NCBI GenBank assembly: GCA_036518595.1
Contig: DATDMW010000039.1
Coordinates: 1-37,589, forward strand
Length of the DNA stretch: 37,589 nucleotides
Source: Burkholderiales bacterium
GTDB taxonomy: Bacteria > Pseudomonadota > Gammaproteobacteria > Burkholderiales > SG8-39
Direction of reading: 5' to 3'
The position numbers were made by a program, and so were the translations under genes. The stretch's first letter is position 1, and every line of letters starts with the position of its first letter. Below the pieces are notes generated by a model that saw only the letters and a program-made list of their open reading frames with translations, ran no database searches and was not told where the DNA came from. Positions 23,659 to 37,589 of the stretch are shown piece after piece.

Positions 23659-24555
23659 ATGGAGCTATATCAACTACGAACATTCGCCGCCGTCGCGGAC
23701 ACGGGCCACATCACCCGCGCCGCGGAGAAGCTGCACCTCAGCCAGCCCGCGGTGAGCGCGCATATCAAGGGCCTCGAGGAGGAGCTCGGGGTGCGCCTGT
23801 TCGAGCGCAACCCAGGCGGCATGCTGCTGACCCGTGCCGGCCGCGACTTGCGCGGGCAGGCCGAGAAGGTGCTCGCCGAGGTCGAGCGCCTGCGGCAGCT
23901 CGCGGCGACGCTGAAGGGCGATATCGTCGGTCGGCTGCGCGTCGGCACGGCGAGCGATCCCGAGTTCGTGCGCGTTGGCGAGTTCCTTCACCGCACGGTC
24001 GAGCGTTACCCGCTGCTGGAGCTCGAGCTGCATCAGGAAGTCTCCGGCGCGGCCCTCCAGCAGGTGCGCACCGGCGACCTGGACGCGAGCTTCTATTTCG
24101 GCGACATCACGTCGCCCGACGTGGCCGGGCTGCGCCTGCACGACATGGCGTACTGCGTCGTCGCCCCGGCCGCCTGGGGCGATCGCGTGCGGAACGCCGA
24201 CTGGAGCGATATCGCGCGCCTGCCGTGGATCGTCACGCCCTCGATCAGCACGCACAACAGGCTGGTGCGCGCGCTGTTCAGCAGGCACGGGGTCGAGCCC
24301 GCGAGGGTGGTCGAGGCCGACCAGGAGCCCGTCATCGCGAGCCTGGTCGTCTCCGGCGTGGGCGTCTCGCTGATGCGCGAGCCGCTCGCGCTGCAGAAGC
24401 AACGGTCCGGAGAGATCTGCATCTGGGACAAGGCGCGGCTGCAGACCGCGCTCTGGTTCATCTACCAGGCCGACCGAAGCCACGATCCCCTGATCGAGGC
24501 GCTGCTGGGGATCCTCGGGGAGATCTGGCAGATCGCGCCGGCGCCCAGTTTCTAG
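23659..24555 (+). CDS. LysR-family transcriptional regulator
   Basis: 298 aa. N-terminus MELYQLRTFAAVADTGHITRAAEKLHLSQPAVSAHIKGLEEELGVRLFER is a canonical LysR HTH, followed by a C-terminal substrate-binding fold. Confidence 0.92.
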   Translation: MELYQLRTFAAVADTGHITRAAEKLHLSQPAVSAHIKGLEEELGVRLFERNPGGMLLTRAGRDLRGQAEKVLAEVERLRQLAATLKGDIVGRLRVGTASDPEFVRVGEFLHRTVERYPLLELELHQEVSGAALQQVRTGDLDASFYFGDITSPDVAGLRLHDMAYCVVAPAAWGDRVRNADWSDIARLPWIVTPSISTHNRLVRALFSRHGVEPARVVEADQEPVIASLVVSGVGVSLMREPLALQKQRSGEICIWDKARLQTALWFIYQADRSHDPLIEALLGILGEIWQIAPAPSF

Positions 24556-25868
24556 CGCGACGGCGCCTCGACGCGGCCCGCGAGGCGCAGGTTCGCCTGC
24601 GTCAGGCGGTCGATCAGCACGCGCATGAACGCCTTGTTGAAGCCGACCTGGCAGGCGTCCGACGCGGCCTTGAGCGCATCCGCCTTGATTTCGATCGCCG
24701 TGACCGCGGTCGTCGCGGTGATGCTGGTCGAGCGCCGGCCGGTCTGGTCGCTGAAATAGAGGATCTCGCCGAAGCAGCCGCCGCGCTTGATCGTGTTGAG
24801 CGGCTTGCCGAGGAGCGTGACGGCCACCTCGCCCTCGATCAGCAGGTAGAAGCTGTCGCCCTGGTCGGCCTCGCGGATGATCACCGTGCCGGCGTCGAAC
24901 GATTTCCAGCTGCCGATGCGCACGACCTCCCAGAGCTCGACGTCGTCGAAATCCTGGAAGAACGGGAGGCTGCGGAGCTCGTTGTACTTCTCCGAGTCGG
25001 ACACCGATTCGCCGGCGAGCCGCAGGCTGGTGAACGCCTTGGACAGGTCCTTGCCGAACTCCATCCAGTTCGAATAGCGCTCCTTGCGGTCCTTGCTGAT
25101 CGCGCGATTGACGATGCGGTCGAGCAGCGGCGGCAGGTCGGGCCGCAGCGTGAGCACCGGCACGGCGGGTGTATTGAGGATCGCGTAGGTCAGGCCCGCC
25201 GTGGTCGTCGCGCCCTCGTAAGGCAGCCGCCCGGTGAGCAGGCGATACATGACCACGCCGAGCGAGTAGATGTCGGTCTGGTGGTTCACGTCCTCCATGC
25301 GGATCTGCTCGGGGGACATGTAGGCCGGGGAGCCGATGCCGGTGATCTGCGTCGTCTCCTGGCCCAGGCGCTGCTGGAACGACGCGCCGAAGTCGCTGAC
25401 CTTGGCGTCGCCCGAGTCGGAAAGCAGGATGTTGCCGGGCTTGATGTCGCGGTGGATGACCCCGTGCTGGAACGCGTAGTCGAGCGCGCGGATGCACTTG
25501 AAGACGATCTCGACCACCTTCCCGAGCGGCAGCAGGCTGGCGACGTCGGCGTGCGCCTCGAGGGTCTCGCCCTTGACGTACTCCATGACGAGGTAGCTGT
25601 ACTCGGGCTCGCTCGCCGCGTCCAGGATCTCGACGATGTGCGGATGCACGAGCTTGCCGGCGAGCGCGGCTTCGGCGAGGAAGGCCTTGCGCATCATGCG
25701 CGCGGTCTGCTCGTTGATGTTCTCGTCGAACTGGAATACCTTGACAGCGACGTCGCGGTTGGCGAAGGGGTCGCGCGCGAGATAGACGCGGCTCGTCGCG
25801 CCGCTGCCGATCTGGCGCGTGATCGGGTACTTGCCGATGTGCTCTTCGAGCTGGAACTTGATGGCCAA
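24552..25868 (-). CDS. Hanks-type Ser/Thr protein kinase fused to a C-terminal cyclic-nucleotide-binding domain
   Basis: 438 aa. TTG start preceded by GGGAGGGG. Kinase motifs: IGSGATSRVY, VAVKVF, HRDIKPGNILL, DFG, SPAYMSPEQ. cNMP domain: FFQDFDDVELWEV...GDSFYLLIEGEV...GGCFGEILYF...RRSTSITA. Confidence 0.88.
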   Translation of the reverse strand: MAIKFQLEEHIGKYPITRQIGSGATSRVYLARDPFANRDVAVKVFQFDENINEQTARMMRKAFLAEAALAGKLVHPHIVEILDAASEPEYSYLVMEYVKGETLEAHADVASLLPLGKVVEIVFKCIRALDYAFQHGVIHRDIKPGNILLSDSGDAKVSDFGASFQQRLGQETTQITGIGSPAYMSPEQIRMEDVNHQTDIYSLGVVMYRLLTGRLPYEGATTTAGLTYAILNTPAVPVLTLRPDLPPLLDRIVNRAISKDRKERYSNWMEFGKDLSKAFTSLRLAGESVSDSEKYNELRSLPFFQDFDDVELWEVVRIGSWKSFDAGTVIIREADQGDSFYLLIEGEVAVTLLGKPLNTIKRGGCFGEILYFSDQTGRRSTSITATTAVTAIEIKADALKAASDACQVGFNKAFMRVLIDRLTQANLRLAGRVEAPSR

Positions 25869-26011
25869 GCGGCCCCTCCCAGGGCTTAGATACGGTTTGC
25901 GCTGCAGTGTACAAGCACGAAGCGGGCCCTGTCGCGGGATTCGTTCCGGAAAACCAGTCCATTCAAGGCGCGGCCGCGCGCGCGGCTCCAGCTCCGCGGC
26001 GGGCGTCCCGG

Positions 26012-26039
26012 CTTGAAATTCGCTGATCCCGCCCCATTT
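26012..26039 (+). promoter_or_regulatory. Sigma32 (RpoH) heat-shock promoter of clpB
   Basis: CTTGAAA (26012-26018), a 13-nt spacer, then CCCCATTT (26032-26039). This matches the proteobacterial sigma32 consensus CTTGAAA-N13/14-CCCCATnT and ends 27 nt before the clpB ATG. Confidence 0.8.
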
Positions 26040-26065
26040 CCCCTACAGCTCATCCGGATATCCCT

Positions 26066-28678
<2,613 letters not shown>

Positions 28679-28694
28679 GCGCCGGGCCGCGGCG

Positions 28695-29663
28695 TCACTC
28701 GACCTTGATGCCGATGTCCTTCACGAGCTTGCCGTACTTCTCGTAATCGCGCCGGATCATCTGCGCGAACTGGTCGGGCGTGAGCGGGTTCGCCTGCATG
28801 CCGCCCGCCTTCGCGAGGCGGCCGTCGACGTCGCGGTCGGTCAGCGCCTTGTTGACCTCGTCGTGCAGCTTTGCGATGACCGGCTTCGGCGTCCCCGAGG
28901 CCGTGAACAGGCCCAGCCAGATCACCACCTCGTAGCCGGGGTAGAACTCGCCGATGGTCGGCAGCTCCGGGAAAAGGCTCGAGCGCTTCGGCCCGGTCAC
29001 CGCGAGCGCGCGCAGCTTCCCGGCACGGATCTGGCCCGCGCTCGAGGTGCCGGAGAACATCGCGGCGGTCTCGCCCGCGACGGTCGCCGTCGTGGCAGGC
29101 GAGCCGCCTTTGAACGGGACATGCACGAGGTTGATGCCGGCGCGCTGCTTCAGCATCTCCATCGCCAGCTCGTGCTGGCTGCCGTTGCCTCCCGAGGCGT
29201 ACAGCAACGGGGGATTCGCCTTCTTCGCGTACTCGATGAATTCCTGGAAGCTCTTAACCGGCAGCGAAGGATTCACCGAGAGAACCCACTGGTTCAGCAC
29301 GACCGATGCGACCGGCGCGAGGTCCTTCATCGTGTCGAGCGGCATGTTCTTGTAGATGTGCGGATTGACCGTCACGTTGCTGTCGGCGAAGAGGCCGAGC
29401 GTATAGCCGTCGGGCTCGGCCTTCGCCACCTGGTCCATCGCCACGTTGCCGTTCGCGGCCGGCCGGTTCTCGACGATGACCGGCTGCTTCATCTGCTCGG
29501 AGAGCTTCTGGCCGACGACGCGCGCCGAGATGTCCGGCGCGCCGCCGGGCGGAATCGGGACGATGATCCTGATCGGGCGCGAGGGATACGCTTGCGCCGA
29601 CGCGTCCGTCGCGGCGCAGAAGAGCCCGGCGACGAGCGCCAGGACCGCAATCAGCGATTTCAT
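28695..29663 (-). CDS. Bug-family (TctC-like) tripartite tricarboxylate transporter periplasmic binding protein
   Basis: 322 aa from the internal ATG at 29663, with AAGGAG upstream. Signal peptide MKSLIAVLALVAGLFCAATDASAQ, then AYPSRPIRIIVPIPPGGAPD...VENRPAANG...PDGYTL, the typical Bug/TctC N-terminus. No tctA or tctB nearby. Confidence 0.88.
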   Translation of the reverse strand: MKSLIAVLALVAGLFCAATDASAQAYPSRPIRIIVPIPPGGAPDISARVVGQKLSEQMKQPVIVENRPAANGNVAMDQVAKAEPDGYTLGLFADSNVTVNPHIYKNMPLDTMKDLAPVASVVLNQWVLSVNPSLPVKSFQEFIEYAKKANPPLLYASGGNGSQHELAMEMLKQRAGINLVHVPFKGGSPATTATVAGETAAMFSGTSSAGQIRAGKLRALAVTGPKRSSLFPELPTIGEFYPGYEVVIWLGLFTASGTPKPVIAKLHDEVNKALTDRDVDGRLAKAGGMQANPLTPDQFAQMIRRDYEKYGKLVKDIGIKVE

Positions 29664-30292
29664 GATGTCACTCTCCTTGTCGTCGTTTTCGCGGTGCCCG
29701 CCTGCGCGCGCACGGCGCGTGCGCGGACGAGCAGCTGTTGCCAGAGCTTCGACGTGTCGGCCCGCAGCGCGTTCTCGGCGTCGGCGTCGAGCACGAACCA
29801 ATCGCCGCGCGCGATCTCGGCATCCAGCTGTCCCGGCGCCCAGCCCGAGTAGCCCGAGAAGAAGCGGATCGTGGCGGGCGGCTCGTGCAGCAGCCGGTCG
29901 ATCGCGTCCGGGTCGACCGCGAGGTGCAGGCCCGGGGCCATGGTGATCACTCCGGCCGGCGCCGACTCCGCGGCGAACAGCGCGAGCAGCGCGTTGGGCG
30001 CCACCGGGCCGCCGAAGCGCATCGGCTGGTCGAAGCGGCGGAACCGCTCGCCGGGAAGGACCTCCGCCAGGCTGAGGCTCAGCGGCCGGTTGACGATCAC
30101 TCCGATCGGCGCGTCCGCGCCGCGCGCGACGAGGACCACGCTTTCGCTGAAGTTGGGATCGGGCAGCCCGGGCCTCGCGACGAGGAACACGCCGCGGGCG
30201 GATTCCTGGGCGGGGACGGCCGGGAGCAGCGCCGCGAGCAGCAGCGCCGCGCACGCTCCCTTCAGGAGCGCCGGGCGGCTCACGAGCATCAC
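29660..30292 (-). CDS. YqgE/AlgH-family (UPF0301) protein with N-terminal signal peptide, paralog 1
   Basis: 210 aa. GTG at 30292, followed directly by an ATG at 30289. Signal-like LLKGACAALLLAALLPAVPAQ, then VFLVARPGLPDPNFSESVVLV...GVIVNRPL...GGPV...FSGYSGWAPGQLDAEI..GDW, which aligns with E. coli YqgE. The stop overlaps the Bug start (ATGA). Confidence 0.8.
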   Translation of the reverse strand: MMLVSRPALLKGACAALLLAALLPAVPAQESARGVFLVARPGLPDPNFSESVVLVARGADAPIGVIVNRPLSLSLAEVLPGERFRRFDQPMRFGGPVAPNALLALFAAESAPAGVITMAPGLHLAVDPDAIDRLLHEPPATIRFFSGYSGWAPGQLDAEIARGDWFVLDADAENALRADTSKLWQQLLVRARAVRAQAGTAKTTTRRVTS

Positions 30293-30308
30293 GCGGGCAC
30301 GGAGCGCC

Positions 30309-30926
30309 TCAGCCGAGCGCGGGCGCGGAGCGCACCGACGCGGTGATCGCGCGCGCCCGGCGAAGCAGCTCCTCCCACAGCGAATCGCCGCTGTCCTTGC
30401 GGAACACCATCTCCTCGTCGGCGTCGAGCACGTGCCACAGGCCGCGGTCGATCTCCTGGCGCAGCTCGCCCGGCCGCCACGCGACGTAGCCCACGAAGTA
30501 GCGCGCGTCGTTCGGCGTCTTCTCGATGATGTCGTCGACGACCGTTCCCTGCGTCGCGAGATAGAGGTGCTTCATCATCTGGATCGAGCCGCTGCCGGGA
30601 TTGTGGTCGGTGCGCACCATGGCGAAGATCGCGCGACGCAGCATCGGCCCGCCGAGATAGACCGGATCGTGCACCTGCTTGGAAGGCTCGTGCTCGGGAA
30701 ACAGGCTCGCGAGCGAGCGCTGCGTCGGCCGGTTGATGATGATGCCGACGTGCCGGTTGCCTTCGACCGGCACCGCGATCAGCACCGTGTGCCGGTAGTC
30801 GGGATCGCTGAGCGCCGGCGACGCGACCAGGATGACGGCCCCGGTGTCTTCGGTCTTCTGAGCCGCTCCCGGGGCGGCCATCCCCATGACCAGGAGCAGG
30901 GCAAAGGCGGCGGCGATCCAGCGCAT
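30309..30926 (-). CDS. YqgE/AlgH-family (UPF0301) protein with N-terminal signal peptide, paralog 2
   Basis: 205 aa from the ATG at 30926, with GGAGGA upstream. Signal-like MRWIAAAFALLLVMGMAAPGAAQ, then VILVASPALSDPDYRHTVLIAV...GIIINRPT...LGGPM...FVGYVAWRPGELRQEI..GLW. Confidence 0.8.
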   Translation of the reverse strand: MRWIAAAFALLLVMGMAAPGAAQKTEDTGAVILVASPALSDPDYRHTVLIAVPVEGNRHVGIIINRPTQRSLASLFPEHEPSKQVHDPVYLGGPMLRRAIFAMVRTDHNPGSGSIQMMKHLYLATQGTVVDDIIEKTPNDARYFVGYVAWRPGELRQEIDRGLWHVLDADEEMVFRKDSGDSLWEELLRRARAITASVRSAPALG

Positions 30927-30943
30927 CGGGTCCTCCGGCGGCA

Positions 30944-31564
30944 TCACTTTGGGGCAAGTGTAGCGGAAGAACCGCGTTTCCGGGACCCGGACGCCCGGGC
31001 CGCGCGCCAGCAATCGCGCAGGTGATCGTCCACCATGCCGACCGCCTGCATGAACGCGTAGCAGATCGTCGATCCGACGAAGGTGAAGCCGCGCCGGCGC
31101 AGATCGCCGCTCAGGGCGTCGGATTCGCGCGTGCGCGCCGGGACGTCCGCCATCCGCCGCGGCCGCCGCTTCATCGGCCGGCCGCCGACGAAGCGCCAGG
31201 CATAGGCGTCGAAGGAGCCGAAGGCCTTCTGGACTTCAAGAAACGCGCGGGCGTTGCGCACCGCGCCCTGCACCTTCAGGCGGTTGCGCACGATCCCGGG
31301 ATCGGCGAGCAGCGCGCGGACCCTGCGCGCGTCGAAGGCGGCGACGCGTCGCGGATCGAAGTTCGCGAACGCGCGCCGATAATTCGCGCGCTTCGCGAGG
31401 ATAGTCGACCACGACAGGCCGGCCTGCGCGCCTTCGAGGATCAGGAACTCGAACAGCGTGCGGTCATCGTGGACCGGGACGCCCCATTCGCGGTCGTGGT
31501 ACTCGACATAGGCCTCGCTGCCGAGGCACCACGGGCAGCGGCGGCGTTCGGAGCGGGGGGCCAT
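30944..31564 (-). CDS. tag: DNA-3-methyladenine glycosylase I
   Basis: 206 aa. RCPWC...YHDREWGVP...LEGAQAGLSWSTILAKRANYR.AF..FD...VGSTICYAFMQAVGMVDDH aligns closely with E. coli Tag. Confidence 0.92.
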   Translation of the reverse strand: MAPRSERRRCPWCLGSEAYVEYHDREWGVPVHDDRTLFEFLILEGAQAGLSWSTILAKRANYRRAFANFDPRRVAAFDARRVRALLADPGIVRNRLKVQGAVRNARAFLEVQKAFGSFDAYAWRFVGGRPMKRRPRRMADVPARTRESDALSGDLRRRGFTFVGSTICYAFMQAVGMVDDHLRDCWRAARASGSRKRGSSATLAPK

Positions 31565-31595
31565 CGGCCGATGCTAGCGCATCGGCCGCGCCGCT

Positions 31596-33347
31596 TCAGC
31601 GGACGCCGAGCGACGTGTGGTTCCCGGCCTGCGGGGGCACGAAAGCGGGCGCGCACCGGCCCGACGCGGTCGACGCGACGAGCACCTCGTTCAGCTTGTC
31701 GAAGTCGAGCGGCTTCACCAGGTGGTGATCGAAGCCGGCGGCCCGCGACTGCTCCCGGTCGACCTGGCGGCCGTAGCCCGTCATCGCGATCAGGACGACG
31801 TCGCGCATCGCCGGAGTCTCGCGCATCCGCTGCGCCACCTCGTGCCCGCTCATGCCGGGCATGCCGATGTCCATGAGAACGACGTCGGGCCGATACTCGG
31901 CCGCGGTGCGCAGCGCGTCCGGTCCGTTGTGCGCCTTGCGCACGTTGTGTCCCGACATCTCGAGAATGATCGCCATGCTCTCGGCCGAATCGACGCTGTC
32001 GTCCACCACGAGCACCTTGAGCTGCCGGTTCTCGCGCTCGCTCTTCGGAACGGCGGGCCTCGCCTGCGGCTCGGGCGTCTCCACGGCGCCGTTGGCGCGC
32101 GGCAGGCGGATGACGAACTCGCTGCCCTTGCCGGGCCCGTCGCTGAACGCCTCGATGCGGCCGCCGTGCATCTCGACCAGGCCGCGCGCGAGCGCGAGCC
32201 CGATGCCGAGGCCGCCTTCGCTGCGCGCGATGGAATCGTCGGCGCGTCGGAACAGCTGGAAAAGGTTCGGCAGCATCTCGGCCGCGATGCCGACGCCGGT
32301 GTCGCGCACCCGGATGAGCGCCTCTCCCGGCATTCCCGCGAGGGTCTCCAGCGCGACCGTGATCCTGCCGCCTTCCTGCGTATATTTCGCGGCGTTGGTG
32401 AGGACGTTGTCGACGACCTGCGTCAGCCGCACGCGGTCGCCGAGCACGGGGATCGCCTCCTCGGGCACGTCGACCTGGAGCGCATGGCCGCGCTGGTGGA
32501 TGAGCGTGCGCGTGGTCTCGACCGCCGCGGCGACGACCGACTTCAGCTCGATCGGCTCGCGCCGCAGCGTCACCTTGCCGCGCGTGATCCGCGAGACGTC
32601 GAGCAGGTCGTCGATCAGCCGCGTGAGGTGGCCGGTCTGGCGGCCGAGGACGTCGCGCGCCCACCGCAGCTGCGGGTCGATCGCGGGGCTGGCCTTCATC
32701 ACGTGCGCGACGTTGCTGATGGCCGCCAGCGGATTGCGCAGCTCGTGCGAGAGCATCGCCAGGAACTCGTCCTTGCGCCGGTCGGCCTCCTGCAGCTCCT
32801 GCTCGAAGCGCTTGCGCTCGGCGATCTCGCGCTCGAGCACTTCGTTGGTCTTGGCGAGCTCGGCGTTGGCCTGCTCCAGCTCGCGCGTCTTCTCCGCCTG
32901 CAGCGTGGTGTTGGCGAGCGCGAGCGCCTCGTTGGCGCGCTCCAGCTCGCGGCGCTTGCGGTAGAGCTCGACCAGCACCTGCACCTTGCCGCGCAGCACC
33001 TCGGGGACGATCGGCACGTAGCAGTAGTCGACCGCGCCCAGCTCGTAGCCCTTCAGCTGGTCGAGGTTGGTGACGTGCACAGCGGTCACGAAGATGATTG
33101 GCGTCTTCTCGAAGCGCGGGTGCTGGTGGATCAGCGCCGCGGTGTCGAAGCCGTTCATCGTCGGCATGTTGACGTCGAGGAGGATGGCGGCGAAGTCGGC
33201 CTCCATCAGCTTCTGCAACGCCTCGGTCCCCGAGCGGGCCTTGACCAGGTTCTCGCCCAGGGTTCCGAGAATGGCCTCGTACGACAGCAGCCGCTGCGGC
33301 TGGTCGTCGACGAGGAGAATGTTGACCTTGTCGTCGTTGCGGTTCAT
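31596..33347 (-). CDS. Hybrid histidine kinase REC-coiled coil-HisKA-HATPase-REC
   Basis: 583 aa from the internal ATG at 33347 of ORF 31596..37418. N-terminal REC (NILLVDDQP...ILLDVNMPTMNG), H-box LSHELRNPL, N/G boxes (NVLTNAAKY, DTGVGI, GGLGIGL), and C-terminal REC (VLVVDDS...VLMDIGMPGMSG). No TM segment. Confidence 0.9.
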   Translation of the reverse strand: MNRNDDKVNILLVDDQPQRLLSYEAILGTLGENLVKARSGTEALQKLMEADFAAILLDVNMPTMNGFDTAALIHQHPRFEKTPIIFVTAVHVTNLDQLKGYELGAVDYCYVPIVPEVLRGKVQVLVELYRKRRELERANEALALANTTLQAEKTRELEQANAELAKTNEVLEREIAERKRFEQELQEADRRKDEFLAMLSHELRNPLAAISNVAHVMKASPAIDPQLRWARDVLGRQTGHLTRLIDDLLDVSRITRGKVTLRREPIELKSVVAAAVETTRTLIHQRGHALQVDVPEEAIPVLGDRVRLTQVVDNVLTNAAKYTQEGGRITVALETLAGMPGEALIRVRDTGVGIAAEMLPNLFQLFRRADDSIARSEGGLGIGLALARGLVEMHGGRIEAFSDGPGKGSEFVIRLPRANGAVETPEPQARPAVPKSERENRQLKVLVVDDSVDSAESMAIILEMSGHNVRKAHNGPDALRTAAEYRPDVVLMDIGMPGMSGHEVAQRMRETPAMRDVVLIAMTGYGRQVDREQSRAAGFDHHLVKPLDFDKLNEVLVASTASGRCAPAFVPPQAGNHTSLGVR

Positions 33348-33382
33348 CGCTCTCCCATTGCCTTCGCTTCGCCCGCGCGCCG

Positions 33383-37589
<4,207 letters not shown>

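Noticed and set aside
24552-24555. The CTAG stop-stop overlap of the convergent LysR and kinase genes.
   Set aside because: It is real in the sequence, but a 4-nt convergent overlap is common and carries no clear functional implication. It is mentioned only in the kinase finding.

Overview
GC-rich chromosomal window, roughly two-thirds G+C by eye. Gene content looks like a Betaproteobacterium or Burkholderiales-like organism; this is an inference from the Bug-family binding protein and overall gene content and cannot be verified here. I can support 36 protein-coding genes. I found no rRNA or tRNA, no transposase, integrase or phage genes, no CRISPR array and no recognisable defence genes. Layout: (1) 1-991, moaA, partial, minus strand. 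(2) 1066-10338, a tightly packed 10-gene plus-strand block: DUF3305-like, DUF3306-like, a 704-aa cytoplasmic poly-ferredoxin, a TorD-family chaperone, a 69-aa twin-arginine mini-protein, Cys-type periplasmic formate dehydrogenase alpha and beta subunits, an 86-aa lipoprotein, the cytochrome-b gamma subunit and a 74-aa exported Lys/Ala-rich protein. The block ends at a strong intrinsic terminator. (3) 10544-13613, a stand-alone receiver plus a REC-PAS-GAF-GGDEF(degenerate)-EAL protein. (4) 13733-22718, a molybdenum/tungsten block: Mop-less ModE-like regulator, a perfect ModE-type operator, modABC, a divergent ModE-HTH::PBP (TunR-like) regulator, tupBCA, and mobB-moeA-moaD-moaE. (5) crcB, a small DUF3563-like gene, a LysR regulator, a Ser/Thr kinase fused to a cNMP-binding domain, and clpB behind a textbook sigma32 promoter. 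(6) A minus-strand string: poly-HAMP hybrid kinase (partial), a second hybrid kinase, tag, two tandem signal-peptide-bearing YqgE/AlgH paralogs, and a translationally coupled Bug/TctC-type binding protein. The best candidates for under-described biology are the uncharacterised five-gene cytoplasmic module plus extra small exported proteins around the FDH, the secreted AlgH pair coupled to an orphan Bug protein, and the poly-HAMP/five-receiver phosphorelay that has no Hpt domain in view. I see no mobile or accessory island, so novelty claims here are modest and rest on context.
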